The notes beneath the pieces are model-generated. The model saw only the letters and a program-made list of their open reading frames with translations. It was not told the DNA's origin and ran no database searches. Both the position numbers and the translations under genes were made by a program. A stretch of 57,051 nucleotides of DNA from IMG/VR virus record IMGVR_UViG_3300048031_000576, positions 1-57,051 of that record; one strand, written 5' to 3'. This DNA is from a virus. Lineage: Duplodnaviria; Caudoviricetes. Position 1 is the stretch's first letter. The number at the start of each line of letters is the position of its first letter. Below, one piece after another: positions 37,590-47,130 of the stretch.

Positions 37590-38381
37590 ATGACAACGCT
37601 TCAGCCCTACCGACAAACCGCCGTCACCCCAGACACCTACGAGGCTCTGTGCCGTCTTGAGCGAGCAGCCAAGCGGCACGGAGACATCACCCTCTTGTAT
37701 GAGGGTGTCCCTGCGAGGCAGGCTTCGTGGGAGGGTGTCGAGAAAGACGCGGGGCCTTTGGGACTGCCCCCACATCTCTCGATGCGTCCTACGGGGCGAG
37801 AGGTGTACCTGCGTATAAGGGGTGTGGATGATCCCATGCACCGCTTGGCGATCTTGTGGAGTCTCACGGTGCCTCTGGGGTTCATTCCGTGGAGTCGGTA
37901 TCCGGTTCCGTCGAGCACGAGCCATGTGTTCCACTACATTGGTCAGTGGGACACGCTGGGTGACTTCCTTCATGGTGAGGGTCGCGGTGATCTCGCATGG
38001 CCGTCTATGTGCTGCGCGGCTCAGGTCGAGGTCGGCACATGGGCAGGAGATCAGATCACGGAGCGCACGATTCAGATGCACCTACACAGGTTGGGTATTC
38101 ACTGTGGTCCGGTGGACGGTGTTCTTGGTCCGGTGACACTGTCCGCATTGAAGGCGTTGGGTCTTGAGGGGTTAGAGAGTAGCCTGTTGATTTCGGCGTT
38201 GAGGGGGCTCACGGTCAATGCACCGCAGCCCCAGCCTGCGCGTCATCAGGGCAGTGTGATCCTGAGCGGGTGCCCGACGACGGTATTTAGCACAGGCGGG
38301 ATCCATACCGTCAAGACCAAGACCGGGTATGCGTTGACGGTGGATGGTCCCGGCAGGTTGATTGTGGAGGTTGGTGAATAG
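37590..38381 (+). CDS. Peptidoglycan-binding domain protein
   Basis: IQMHLHRLGIHCGPVDGVLGPVTLSAL matches the PG_binding_1 DGxxGxxT motif. Confidence 0.75.
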   Translation: MTTLQPYRQTAVTPDTYEALCRLERAAKRHGDITLLYEGVPARQASWEGVEKDAGPLGLPPHLSMRPTGREVYLRIRGVDDPMHRLAILWSLTVPLGFIPWSRYPVPSSTSHVFHYIGQWDTLGDFLHGEGRGDLAWPSMCCAAQVEVGTWAGDQITERTIQMHLHRLGIHCGPVDGVLGPVTLSALKALGLEGLESSLLISALRGLTVNAPQPQPARHQGSVILSGCPTTVFSTGGIHTVKTKTGYALTVDGPGRLIVEVGE

Positions 38382-38430
38382 GGGGTTCTATTCAACGGGG
38401 TTCGGGTAGGCTTCATTTTGGAGGTGCCCC

Positions 38431-40014
38431 ATGGGTCAGTCAGTACACGAGCGTTTAAAGGCAGTCCGACAACGTCAAGATTTGAATCTTCCTCGCCCCC
38501 CCAACTTCCGGGAAACGTTGATCAAGCGAGATGGGAGTGAGGTTCCGTTGACCTTACGCCCTTACCAGCAACAGATGGTGGTGCATCTGATCGCCTTGAC
38601 CCGTTTTGTGGTTGGTGACGACTGTGGTCTTGGTAAAACCATCGAAAGCATCGCCGCCCTGTGCCACCTGTGGAAGCGTGATCCCGACATGAAGGTGGTT
38701 GTGCTCACCAAGAAATCGAGTGTGCCGCAGTGGGAATCCGAGTTTGAGAAGTTCACTGAGGGTGTTCAGGTACTCATGGCTGTGGGCACCCCGAAGAAGC
38801 GGGCAAAGGCTCATGCGGCATGGGAGCAGTCCACGGGTCCAACTGTGTTGGTACAGGGCTACTCGTCGGCGTGCAACGATTTCGGCACGATCCAGCATTG
38901 GGAGGGCTACACACTGATCATGGACGAGGTGACAGTGGTGAAGACCCCGACGACGCGGGTACACAAGGTCTGCCGTCACTATGGGAGTCAGGCGGGCCGC
39001 GTATGGGGCTTGACTGCAACCTTGATCAAGAACAACCTCATGGAAGGCTTCGGGATTTACAAGGTCGTGGTGCCGGATTTGTTCCCGATGAGCCAGGGAG
39101 GGTTCATGAACAATTACTGCATCACTCGTATGCAAAGGGTTGCGAATGGTCGTCAGGTTCCAGTCATCGTGGGCTACCGGCAGTCTGACATCGAGAAGTT
39201 CCGCGACAACATCGATCTTTACTATCTCGGTCGTCCGAAGCACCTTGTAGCCAAAGACCTTCCGGTTCTGACCTCCCGGACGGTTCGTGTGGGGATGACG
39301 AAGTTTCAGCACGAAAAGTATCAGGAAGCCCTGTCAGGGTTGTTGGAGTTGGGCAGCGGCGATGAGCGTGAGACGACGCAGTTGACCGCATTGATCTACT
39401 GCCAAGAGATCGTGAACCACCCTGCGCTGATCGAGTACCCCGACTACAAGAGCGAGAAACTTGATGCCCTTATGGACATGGTGACCGACGGTGGTGATTT
39501 CCATGGCGAGAAGGTGATTGTCTTCACCCGCTTCAAGGAAATGGTGAACCACGCGATCCCCGTGATGGAGGCGAAGGGTGTACGGTGTGTGCGGGTCACT
39601 GGGGATGAGAACGAGGCCCAGCGCAAAGCGGCCATGGACGCCTTCCAAGACCCCGCTGATCCCACGCGGGTGATCTGGATCACGATGGCTGGTGGTGATG
39701 CCATCAACCTTCAGGCTGCGAAGGCAATGGTCTTCTACGACTCCCCCTGGAGCGCGGGTGACTACCTCCAGATTGTCGGTCGTATGATCCGAATTGGGTC
39801 CGAGAACGACACATGCTATGCGATCCATCTGGTGTGCCGAGACACAATTGACGAGCGTGTCATGCAAGTCGTCCGCAAGAAGATGAACCTCATCGAGCAG
39901 GTTCTCGGCGAGCGCGTCAAGGGCAAGAAGGACAAGGACGTGGTGTATGAGGCTGGGTCCGAGGTGAAGGATATTTTTGATGCGATGATCGCAGATGCCC
40001 GGACCCGTCTGTAA
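38431..40014 (+). CDS. SNF2-family helicase/ATPase
   Basis: LRPYQ, GDDCGLGKT, MDEVT, LTAT, INLQAA and GRMIRIG motifs. Confidence 0.9.
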   Translation: MGQSVHERLKAVRQRQDLNLPRPPNFRETLIKRDGSEVPLTLRPYQQQMVVHLIALTRFVVGDDCGLGKTIESIAALCHLWKRDPDMKVVVLTKKSSVPQWESEFEKFTEGVQVLMAVGTPKKRAKAHAAWEQSTGPTVLVQGYSSACNDFGTIQHWEGYTLIMDEVTVVKTPTTRVHKVCRHYGSQAGRVWGLTATLIKNNLMEGFGIYKVVVPDLFPMSQGGFMNNYCITRMQRVANGRQVPVIVGYRQSDIEKFRDNIDLYYLGRPKHLVAKDLPVLTSRTVRVGMTKFQHEKYQEALSGLLELGSGDERETTQLTALIYCQEIVNHPALIEYPDYKSEKLDALMDMVTDGGDFHGEKVIVFTRFKEMVNHAIPVMEAKGVRCVRVTGDENEAQRKAAMDAFQDPADPTRVIWITMAGGDAINLQAAKAMVFYDSPWSAGDYLQIVGRMIRIGSENDTCYAIHLVCRDTIDERVMQVVRKKMNLIEQVLGERVKGKKDKDVVYEAGSEVKDIFDAMIADARTRL

Positions 40015-40093
40015 CGCTCGGGGTCGAAAAAGGGGGGCACGGTTTCCGGCCCCCCAAGGTAAGCCTAAACACAAATCTGAGTGAGGTGGTGGT

Positions 40094-40825
40094 GTGAGTA
40101 GTGCCCCGGATAAGGAGTGCCTTTTATGCTTGGGTACGGGCTTCGTGGAGGGTGAGTACAACCCCCCCCACCCCCCGTCCTATCAGCGGTGCGATTGTGT
40201 AGTGAAGAAGGACATCATTGCCAACGTGGAGCGGGGGATGAAAGGCTTAAGCAGCAAGCCACGGGTGGAGTCCTCCCCCTTGTTGGGGAAAGAGATCTAC
40301 AATCTGTGGCTGACAGCGGGGTCTGAGTTCTTCCCCCACCTTCGTCATGTGGCGATCCGTCAGCCGACGACCTGGAGTTTCAAGGTCGTCAGCGATGCTG
40401 ATTTGGTAACGGCATGGCTGGGGTCGATTGCGCTGAAGGGTGGGGAGATCCTTGACCCTGACGCCTACATGGTCAGCACAAAGTACATCTCGATCCCTGA
40501 TTTGGTCGTTCCTCCTGATCTGTTGGTGATCCGTATGGGGATCAAGGCCGCACGAAACAGCGCCAGTGCGGAGGTGCTTGCGGAAGCACTGAACACGCGG
40601 TTCCACAACGATCAACCGACATGGATCTGGGATCAGCCAAACCATCCCCTCAATACCGGTCACCTGTTTTGGTCGGACGAGGTGGCCGGGGTGCTTTCGG
40701 GATTCACTCGGGTCAAGGGGCTGGCTCCATCGAAGGCTACTCGTAAAGGTGTCGCCAAGAAGCCCCGGAGACAGAGGAGTGCTCTGGGCACACGTAAGAC
40801 GCTTCGCGGTGGGGGTGAGGGATGA
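40094..40825 (+). CDS. Zn-binding DnaC/IstB-like protein, apparently lacking Walker A
   Basis: CLLCLGTG...RCDC N-terminus; DLLVI and LNTRF...PTWI resemble the DnaC C-terminal part; lies upstream of DnaB. Confidence 0.55.
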   Translation: MSSAPDKECLLCLGTGFVEGEYNPPHPPSYQRCDCVVKKDIIANVERGMKGLSSKPRVESSPLLGKEIYNLWLTAGSEFFPHLRHVAIRQPTTWSFKVVSDADLVTAWLGSIALKGGEILDPDAYMVSTKYISIPDLVVPPDLLVIRMGIKAARNSASAEVLAEALNTRFHNDQPTWIWDQPNHPLNTGHLFWSDEVAGVLSGFTRVKGLAPSKATRKGVAKKPRRQRSALGTRKTLRGGGEG

Positions 40826-42297
40826 AGGCGTTACTGAGGTCGTGTTTCTTAGACGGGAAGACCGACGACGGGGAATTGTTCCTGCGGAATGCCCAGGCAC
40901 TCAAGGACTGCGGTCTGGGTTTTGATATCCCTGAAGACGGGGTGATCTGGAAGTACGTTCAAGATTTCATTGGTCAGTTCCACCATGTCCCAGATGCGTC
41001 CTCGATTCGTGGTCACTTTGAGCGTGTGTCTCAGATTCCCGTGCTGGATCGGCTGGACGTTCTCTGCGTGGAAAAGCCAAGGGTTCAGGGCAACTTCATT
41101 CAGTTGCTTGAGACACGGGTTGAAGATCGCCGGGTTCGATTGGTGTCTGAGTTGCTTTCGGAGGCTGCACACATTGTGTCCTCCGGGGTCACGGTCAAGG
41201 AGGGCAAGAAGGAGACGCTGCTTCGGGGGCCTGTCCATGCTCTGAGGTACATCCTGGATCGAAGCCATGAGGTGATCACACCGACGAGCGGAGAACGCTT
41301 GTCTGGTGACGTGACTTCAGATGGAGATTCCTTTCTGGCGGAATACGACCGTGTGGAGAGTGACCCCCTTGCGGGGATCGGTCAGTTCACGGGAATCCGT
41401 GAGATGGATGAGGCGGTCAAGGGAGCCAAGCGTGGGGAACTTTGGACTCATGCCGCGTTCACCGGAGGGCTGAAATCAACCTTGGCGTTGAACTGGCACT
41501 ACAACCAAGCGGTTTACTACAGGCACTCCTCCATTCTGTACAGTTTGGAGATGCCTTATCGTCAGGTGCGCCGGATCTTGTATGCGATTCACTCGGAGCA
41601 CCCGAAATTCTTTGAGGTCCGAAAGGCACTCAAGATCGGTCGGTCGCTGGACTACGAGAAGATCCGTGACGGGGAGTTGTCTGCGGCGGAAAAGCAGTAC
41701 ATGGTCAATTACGTGGTTCCAGACTTCAATGACCCTGCGAACCAGTACGGGCACATTCACATTGAGGTCACGGATCCGAACAAGTCAGATTTTACGGTGA
41801 ACGATCTCCGCAGCCGGGGAGAACTGCTCTACCAAAAAGACCCCGCGATCAAGATGATCACGGTGGATCACGCCGGTCTGATGCAGTCACGCGGTAAGTA
41901 CAGCGGCACCACGGAGAGGTTGAATGAGGTTCTTCGTGATCTCAAGAGAACGTCCATGAACTTCAACGGGGGCACAGGAATCGCCGTAATCGCCCTGTTC
42001 CAGATTTCCCGTGAGGGCTACAAGTCTGCCGAGAAGAACGGTGGTAAGTACAATCTGACGCATCTTTCCTACGCAAACGAGGCTGAGAGGTCTTCCGACA
42101 TCGTGACTGCGGGCTGGGTTGATACCGAGTTGAGGGAGGGTAATCTGGTCAAGTTCCAATGCCTCAAGTCACGGGACCACAAACCGTTTGAGGATTTCTA
42201 CTCAGGTGTGCTTTGGCCTTGTCGTCGGATTGTGCAGGCCAATGTGAGCCCTTCACAGCGAGACAACGCTGTCCGCGAACTTGACTTGGATATCTGA
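40822..42297 (+). CDS. dnaB: DnaB-like replicative helicase
   Basis: FTGIREMD, GEL...AAFTGGLKST, YSLEM, TVDHAGLM, LFQISRE, ERSSD and KSR motifs. Confidence 0.85.
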   Translation: MKALLRSCFLDGKTDDGELFLRNAQALKDCGLGFDIPEDGVIWKYVQDFIGQFHHVPDASSIRGHFERVSQIPVLDRLDVLCVEKPRVQGNFIQLLETRVEDRRVRLVSELLSEAAHIVSSGVTVKEGKKETLLRGPVHALRYILDRSHEVITPTSGERLSGDVTSDGDSFLAEYDRVESDPLAGIGQFTGIREMDEAVKGAKRGELWTHAAFTGGLKSTLALNWHYNQAVYYRHSSILYSLEMPYRQVRRILYAIHSEHPKFFEVRKALKIGRSLDYEKIRDGELSAAEKQYMVNYVVPDFNDPANQYGHIHIEVTDPNKSDFTVNDLRSRGELLYQKDPAIKMITVDHAGLMQSRGKYSGTTERLNEVLRDLKRTSMNFNGGTGIAVIALFQISREGYKSAEKNGGKYNLTHLSYANEAERSSDIVTAGWVDTELREGNLVKFQCLKSRDHKPFEDFYSGVLWPCRRIVQANVSPSQRDNAVRELDLDI

Positions 42298-42298
42298 T

Positions 42299-42787
42299 AT
42301 GCGTGTGATCCACGTCCTCCGCAAACCCCTGTCCGAAGGCACCGTGGCCTCCAACGTCCTCAAACACGGTTGCGGTGGCTTGAACATCGACGCCTCAAGG
42401 ATCGGAACCGACGACAACCTCAACGGGGGTGCCTACGCCGAGAAAGCATCGGAAAGGCACGATGGTGCTGAGAACTGGCGGTACAAGCGGGGCGAGCACG
42501 GCAACGCTGGTGAGTATCAACCGCCTTCAGGAAGGTGGCCTGCCAACGTGATCCTTCAGCATCTCGATGGTTGCCGAAGGAGGGAAAACATTTGCGAGCC
42601 GGGTTGTCCCGTGGCACGGCTGGATGAACAGAGTGGCGAACGACCAAGCGGCGGGTCCGCGACCAAGAGCGACCGCACAAACAGCCTGTACGAAGACGGG
42701 TTGAGCCAGCGCATCATCTCTCCCTACACGGGCAAGAGAGGAGCCAGCCGCTTCTTCAAGCAGATCGGAAGCGACTCCGATGGGTAG
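42299..42787 (+). CDS. DNA methyltransferase internal fragment (no catalytic or SAM-binding motifs)
   Basis: RKPLSEGTVASNVLKHG.GGLNIDASRI, GRWPANVIL and GASRFF are typical of the middle of phage N4/N6 MTases; DPPY and FxGSGT are absent. Confidence 0.7.
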   Translation: MRVIHVLRKPLSEGTVASNVLKHGCGGLNIDASRIGTDDNLNGGAYAEKASERHDGAENWRYKRGEHGNAGEYQPPSGRWPANVILQHLDGCRRRENICEPGCPVARLDEQSGERPSGGSATKSDRTNSLYEDGLSQRIISPYTGKRGASRFFKQIGSDSDG

Positions 42788-43376
42788 AGGTCGGGAGGTC
42801 GCTGACCGGATCCGTGCCGAAATCCCCATCGTGGATGTTCTGTATGACTACGGCTACCGGGTTCACCCTGACGGTGAAGACCGGGAGCAGCAGTTTTCCT
42901 GTGACCTTCACGGTGATGGTGCTGACCGAACACCATCAGCACGGGTGTACCCAGAGTCAGCGTCGTTTCACTGTTTCGCCTGCGGGAGATCACGGGACGC
43001 GATCACACTGGTACGCGAGAAGGAGGGGGTCGAGTTCTGGCAGGCAGTGAAGATGCTGGAGTCGAAGTACGGCTTGCCCCCGCTGCCGTGGTCTGCTCCA
43101 GAGAAGGACGAGAAGCCTCAGACTGAACGTGAGGTCCGTCAAGCCCTACAGGTACAGGGTCAAACCTCAGCACAGGTCATCACTCGTATAGATCGGCTGA
43201 TCGACACATGCTGCCGAGAACGTACAGTGGCCCCGGATCAGTGCGCGGCGTGGTGGGAGGCCCGAGATAAAATCTCTATGGTTCGGCGGAAGGGTGAAGT
43301 GCCTGAAGACGTTGCTCTTAGTGCGGCACTGAAAGTTTTAGCCTCCGTTCGTTTATTCCTGGGGTTGAGCACCTGA
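42780..43376 (+). CDS. CHC2 zinc-finger protein (stand-alone primase Zn-binding domain)
   Basis: CDLHGD...RTPS...FHCFACG...DAI.LV...EG..F.QAV..L; no TOPRIM domain. Confidence 0.85.
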   Translation: MGRGREVADRIRAEIPIVDVLYDYGYRVHPDGEDREQQFSCDLHGDGADRTPSARVYPESASFHCFACGRSRDAITLVREKEGVEFWQAVKMLESKYGLPPLPWSAPEKDEKPQTEREVRQALQVQGQTSAQVITRIDRLIDTCCRERTVAPDQCAAWWEARDKISMVRRKGEVPEDVALSAALKVLASVRLFLGLST

Positions 43377-43414
43377 CCCTTCCGGTATGTCTTTACAAGC
43401 AGGAGAGAACCCAG

Positions 43415-46198
43415 ATGAGCATGATGGAGTTGTTTGCGGACCTAAACCGCCCCAAGGTTGAGCGGAAAGAGTGGATGCAGGACGTTGACTTGAGGCTTGC
43501 AAAGGACTCAGATCTTGACCTCATCGCGCAAGAGTGCATCGAGAACGGTGTTTACGGGCTTGACCTGGAAACTACGGGGCTGGATCAGCGGGCCTTTGAG
43601 ACGGATACCGGGCGAGAAGAAACCGTGGACAAGATTGTGGGCGTGTGCGTGGGCACGTCTACCAAGAAAGGCTGGTACATACCGGTGAGACACCGTGAAG
43701 AGGGTGCCTCAGCCAATGTTCCGATGCGTCGGGTCAAAGCGATGATCGAGGAAGTGCAGGCAGGGGGGGCATTGGCGGTCTTCCACAATGCCAAGTTCGA
43801 CCTGAAATTCCTGCTCTGTGATCCCGTGGGTCAGATCGGAGAGTGGGAGGATGTCTCATCGTGGCACTGCACGCTGGTCTTGGCTTATCTGCGGAACTCC
43901 CGAGAACGTCGTAAGGGATTGAAGTATCTGTCGAAGTCGGAATTGGACCGCGAGATGATCGAGTTGAAGGAGTTGTTTCCTCCTGAAGCGGTCAAGGCAA
44001 AGAAGATGGACTTCTCGACTCTTGACCCGACGTGGGATCCTGTGGTCTGGTACGCTGCTGCTGACGCGGTAAACACGCTGGCTCTATATGAAATCCTTCA
44101 CCCCTCTGTGGTGGGCAAGGACAAGCACAAACGTTCTCAATCAGGCATTTACAAGATGGAGCGCGCCTGTTTACTGGCGACGATCTGGATGGAGAACTGC
44201 CGGATACGCATCAACCGGGGTCGCCTTGAGGATCTGATCAGGCTCGGTCAGAAAGAGTGGTGGGAGTGCATCCAAGAGGTGTACGCGGAAGCGAACTTGA
44301 TCCTGGGTCGGGATGTACGTCCCTCATGGGTTTTGGGCATGGAGGGCTCGTATGACCCCGCGATACTGGATCCGAATTACATGGAGATGCGGGAGTCTGC
44401 CTCTCTCGGCAGCACGGACAAGAGTCTCCCTGTGGTTACCAAGTCCGTTCCTCGGCTGGACAATGCACGTCAGCAAGAGACGGTTGATTTCCCCGCTGTG
44501 TATGACCTCACGATTCCCGCGAAACTCGGCATTTTGCTCCGAGAAGTCGGGGTAAAAGGCTTAGCCGTCACGGAGAAATCCGGTCAGGTCAAGACGAGCA
44601 AGGACGAACTCGACCGGGTGATCACGGAGGCGGGTGACAAGTTTCCTTTCATGGTGAAGGTGAAGCGGTTTCGTGAGGTCAGCAAAGGCTTGGGTACTTT
44701 CTTGTTCCCTATCTGGTGGGACACGACTCCGGAACGTAGTCCTGACGGCTGTGTTTGGGCCAGTTTTAATGGTCTGAAGGTCGATACTGGGAGGTTTAGT
44801 ACACCGACTCCACGCGACAAGCACAAGGACCGCTTCATGGGACAGGTGCGGTGGGGCGTCCACATGACTCCAGCGACCTATGACAAGTCGAAGCCCGTGT
44901 GCGTCCGACAAATCCGAGAGGTGGTCGAGGCCCGACCCGGCTACATCATGTTCGCCATCGACTACTCTGGTGTGGAGTTGCGGATCGTCACGAACCTGTC
45001 CAGGGAGCCAAAGTGGATCAATGAGTTCTTCCGGTGCTCTTCCTGTGATCACCAGTTCGACCGCAGTGCGCTCCCTCCTCCTTTTTGCCCGTCTTGCGGA
45101 TCCGACAAGATCGGCGACCTCCACAGTCTGACCGCTCTTGGGGTACACGGAGACAAGATCAAGGGCACCCCGGAGTTCAAGCAGCGGAGGCAGGAAGCCA
45201 AGGCACTGAATTTTGCTATGGCTTATGGTGGTGGAGGTTCAGCCGCACAGCGCGCAGTTGGTGTGGACAAGGCTGAGGGCTGGAGGATCAAGCGCAAGTA
45301 CGACAATACCTACAAGACGCTTCAGCGATGGTGGGGTGATCAGCACCGGGTTGCACGCGATCAGGTCTATGTGTCCACTGCCTATGGGCGGAAGTATCCG
45401 GTGCCTGACATCGCCCACCCTGATGGTGGATTCCGGTCAAAGGCTGAGCGCAATAGTGTGAATGGTCCCGTCCAAGGAACCAGTGCCGACATTATGAAGT
45501 TGGCAATGGCGAAGTTGTATCGGGCGTTCAAGGAGCGGGGCTGGATCGCAGAGCGTCGGGTCTACATGACGATCACCATCCATGATGAGTTGGTCTTTGA
45601 GATCCGCGAGGAAGGAGCGGGTGACGTGGTAGATGTAATTGAGAAAATCATGGTCCTCGACTCGGTGGCTCCTTTGTTCGGGAAGGCGAATCCGTGGATC
45701 GTCCCGCTCAAGGTAGACATTGAGTTCGGTAGTAATTGGACCGTGCCCTTCAACTTGACTGAGATGTCCTGGAATAAGGGCGGGGGTGAGTGGACGGAGC
45801 GTTGGGTAAAGGCGTTCCCGAGCCAGTACAAGAACTACCTGTCGTGTGGCGGGGAGCCTGTTGAGGGCTCTGTCCCGGAGGTGGTGGAGAGGGGTGTGCC
45901 CCTCCGAGAGATGGACGGGACTGACGCAGGGATCCGCACTCCTGACAGGATCGGCCCCCCGGCGAATCACGTTCCGGCGAATCACGTTCCGACGAAGGAG
46001 GGTTCAGCCTATGTCTTCAAGATGAAGACCACGATTGAGAACGCTCAGATCTTGGCTCGTGTTCTTCAGTGGTGTCAGGGTCGTGGGATGGACTTGTTGC
46101 ATGTCCGGTCTGCGGACGGTGTGGATCTCTTGGGTGCTCCTGTGCGTGTGGCCTACGAGGAATTTCGGATTGTCGCAGACTACGAGGGGCTACGATGA
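43415..46198 (+). CDS. polA: Family A DNA polymerase with 3'-5' exonuclease
   Basis: DLETTG, FHNAKFD, YAAADA (Exo I-III); TGRFS; DYSGVELR (A); RQEAKALNFAMAYG (B); IHDELV (C). Confidence 0.95.
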   Translation: MSMMELFADLNRPKVERKEWMQDVDLRLAKDSDLDLIAQECIENGVYGLDLETTGLDQRAFETDTGREETVDKIVGVCVGTSTKKGWYIPVRHREEGASANVPMRRVKAMIEEVQAGGALAVFHNAKFDLKFLLCDPVGQIGEWEDVSSWHCTLVLAYLRNSRERRKGLKYLSKSELDREMIELKELFPPEAVKAKKMDFSTLDPTWDPVVWYAAADAVNTLALYEILHPSVVGKDKHKRSQSGIYKMERACLLATIWMENCRIRINRGRLEDLIRLGQKEWWECIQEVYAEANLILGRDVRPSWVLGMEGSYDPAILDPNYMEMRESASLGSTDKSLPVVTKSVPRLDNARQQETVDFPAVYDLTIPAKLGILLREVGVKGLAVTEKSGQVKTSKDELDRVITEAGDKFPFMVKVKRFREVSKGLGTFLFPIWWDTTPERSPDGCVWASFNGLKVDTGRFSTPTPRDKHKDRFMGQVRWGVHMTPATYDKSKPVCVRQIREVVEARPGYIMFAIDYSGVELRIVTNLSREPKWINEFFRCSSCDHQFDRSALPPPFCPSCGSDKIGDLHSLTALGVHGDKIKGTPEFKQRRQEAKALNFAMAYGGGGSAAQRAVGVDKAEGWRIKRKYDNTYKTLQRWWGDQHRVARDQVYVSTAYGRKYPVPDIAHPDGGFRSKAERNSVNGPVQGTSADIMKLAMAKLYRAFKERGWIAERRVYMTITIHDELVFEIREEGAGDVVDVIEKIMVLDSVAPLFGKANPWIVPLKVDIEFGSNWTVPFNLTEMSWNKGGGEWTERWVKAFPSQYKNYLSCGGEPVEGSVPEVVERGVPLREMDGTDAGIRTPDRIGPPANHVPANHVPTKEGSAYVFKMKTTIENAQILARVLQWCQGRGMDLLHVRSADGVDLLGAPVRVAYEEFRIVADYEGLR

Positions 46199-46524
46199 GA
46201 AAGCGGCGTAAAGAGGTCATGGGGTCATTCCAGCATGACGGTGCAGGGCACACTTGTAGTCAGGCACCGTTCTGGCCCCCGGTGGAGATCGAAGCCTACG
46301 GGGAAACCTCTGCTCAGGCTCTTCGGTACGTGGTGTCGGATTTAATCTTCCAACGGATCCGGACGTGGGAACAAGTGTGTGGCCTGATGGAGATGAATCC
46401 AAACAAGTGCCTGACGTGCCCTTATGTACTGCGTGACGGAAAGCGCCTCAAGCCCGTCGGGACGGGGCTGGGAAAGCATATCCACACACGGAGAAGCATT
46501 AAAAAGAGTCGTCAGGGGGGCTGA
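46195..46524 (+). CDS. Hypothetical protein
   Basis: ATGA overlap with the polymerase stop; CLTCPY motif. Confidence 0.6.
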   Translation: MRKRRKEVMGSFQHDGAGHTCSQAPFWPPVEIEAYGETSAQALRYVVSDLIFQRIRTWEQVCGLMEMNPNKCLTCPYVLRDGKRLKPVGTGLGKHIHTRRSIKKSRQGG

Positions 46525-46565
46525 AGTATCCTTCCCCCGGTACACACAAACAAGAGGAAAAACAC

Positions 46566-47069
46566 ATGAACATCTTCATCACGCACGACGACCCCGTTGA
46601 GTGTGCGTCGGCACTGGCAGATCAGCATCTACAATCTCAGGTTGAGGAGGCGGCAAAGATCCTGACCGCAGCCCTCTACCGGCATGAGATCACAGACCGT
46701 GTTCTGGGTCAGCCCCGCAACACCAATGGCAGGTACGCTCAGTGGGCGGCGGAAAACTGGAATCAGTTTATGTGGCTTGCCATTCACGGCATGGCTTTGG
46801 TGGACGAGCACCATTTCCGTTTCGGCGGGGTACACAAGAACGCAAAGGACATTCTCATCGCCGGGAACATCGGGAGTCTCATGCTTGATGAAGATCCCCA
46901 CACCCCATCCAAGTGGCCCCGAAGCAAAGCCTCAGAAGTTTTTACTGACCGGGATGTGTTCCGGGCTTACCGGCAAGTTCTCAGAGAGAAATATGCCGTG
47001 TGGGCTCAAACAGGACGTGCCGCATGCTGGACTGGGACGGAGCCTCCAACGTGGTTGCAGCCACGTTGA
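46566..47069 (+). CDS. Pyrimidine-dimer DNA glycosylase-like (DenV/Pyr_excise family), divergent
   Basis: MNIF...DP..CA..L.D.H.....E....L, WA...NF.WL..HG..L..E...RF...HK and AYR motifs. Confidence 0.7.
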   Translation: MNIFITHDDPVECASALADQHLQSQVEEAAKILTAALYRHEITDRVLGQPRNTNGRYAQWAAENWNQFMWLAIHGMALVDEHHFRFGGVHKNAKDILIAGNIGSLMLDEDPHTPSKWPRSKASEVFTDRDVFRAYRQVLREKYAVWAQTGRAACWTGTEPPTWLQPR

Positions 47070-47089
47070 TCCCTTGCCACTTCTGCTCT

Positions 47090-47129
47090 CCCCCCACCTC
47101 AGTATAAATCCCCCCACCTCAGTATAAAT
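47090..47129 (+). repeat. Perfect 20-bp tandem duplication immediately before a start codon
   Basis: CCCCCCACCTCAGTATAAAT x2. Confidence 0.85.
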
Positions 47130-47130
47130 A

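Noticed and set aside
37089-38410. Partial late-promoter matches near 37089, 37556 and 38388
   Set aside because: Each lacks one element or the exact spacing, so they were not counted
45961-45990. 15-bp tandem duplication (ANHVP x2) in the polymerase C-terminal linker
   Set aside because: A simple in-frame slippage in a low-complexity linker
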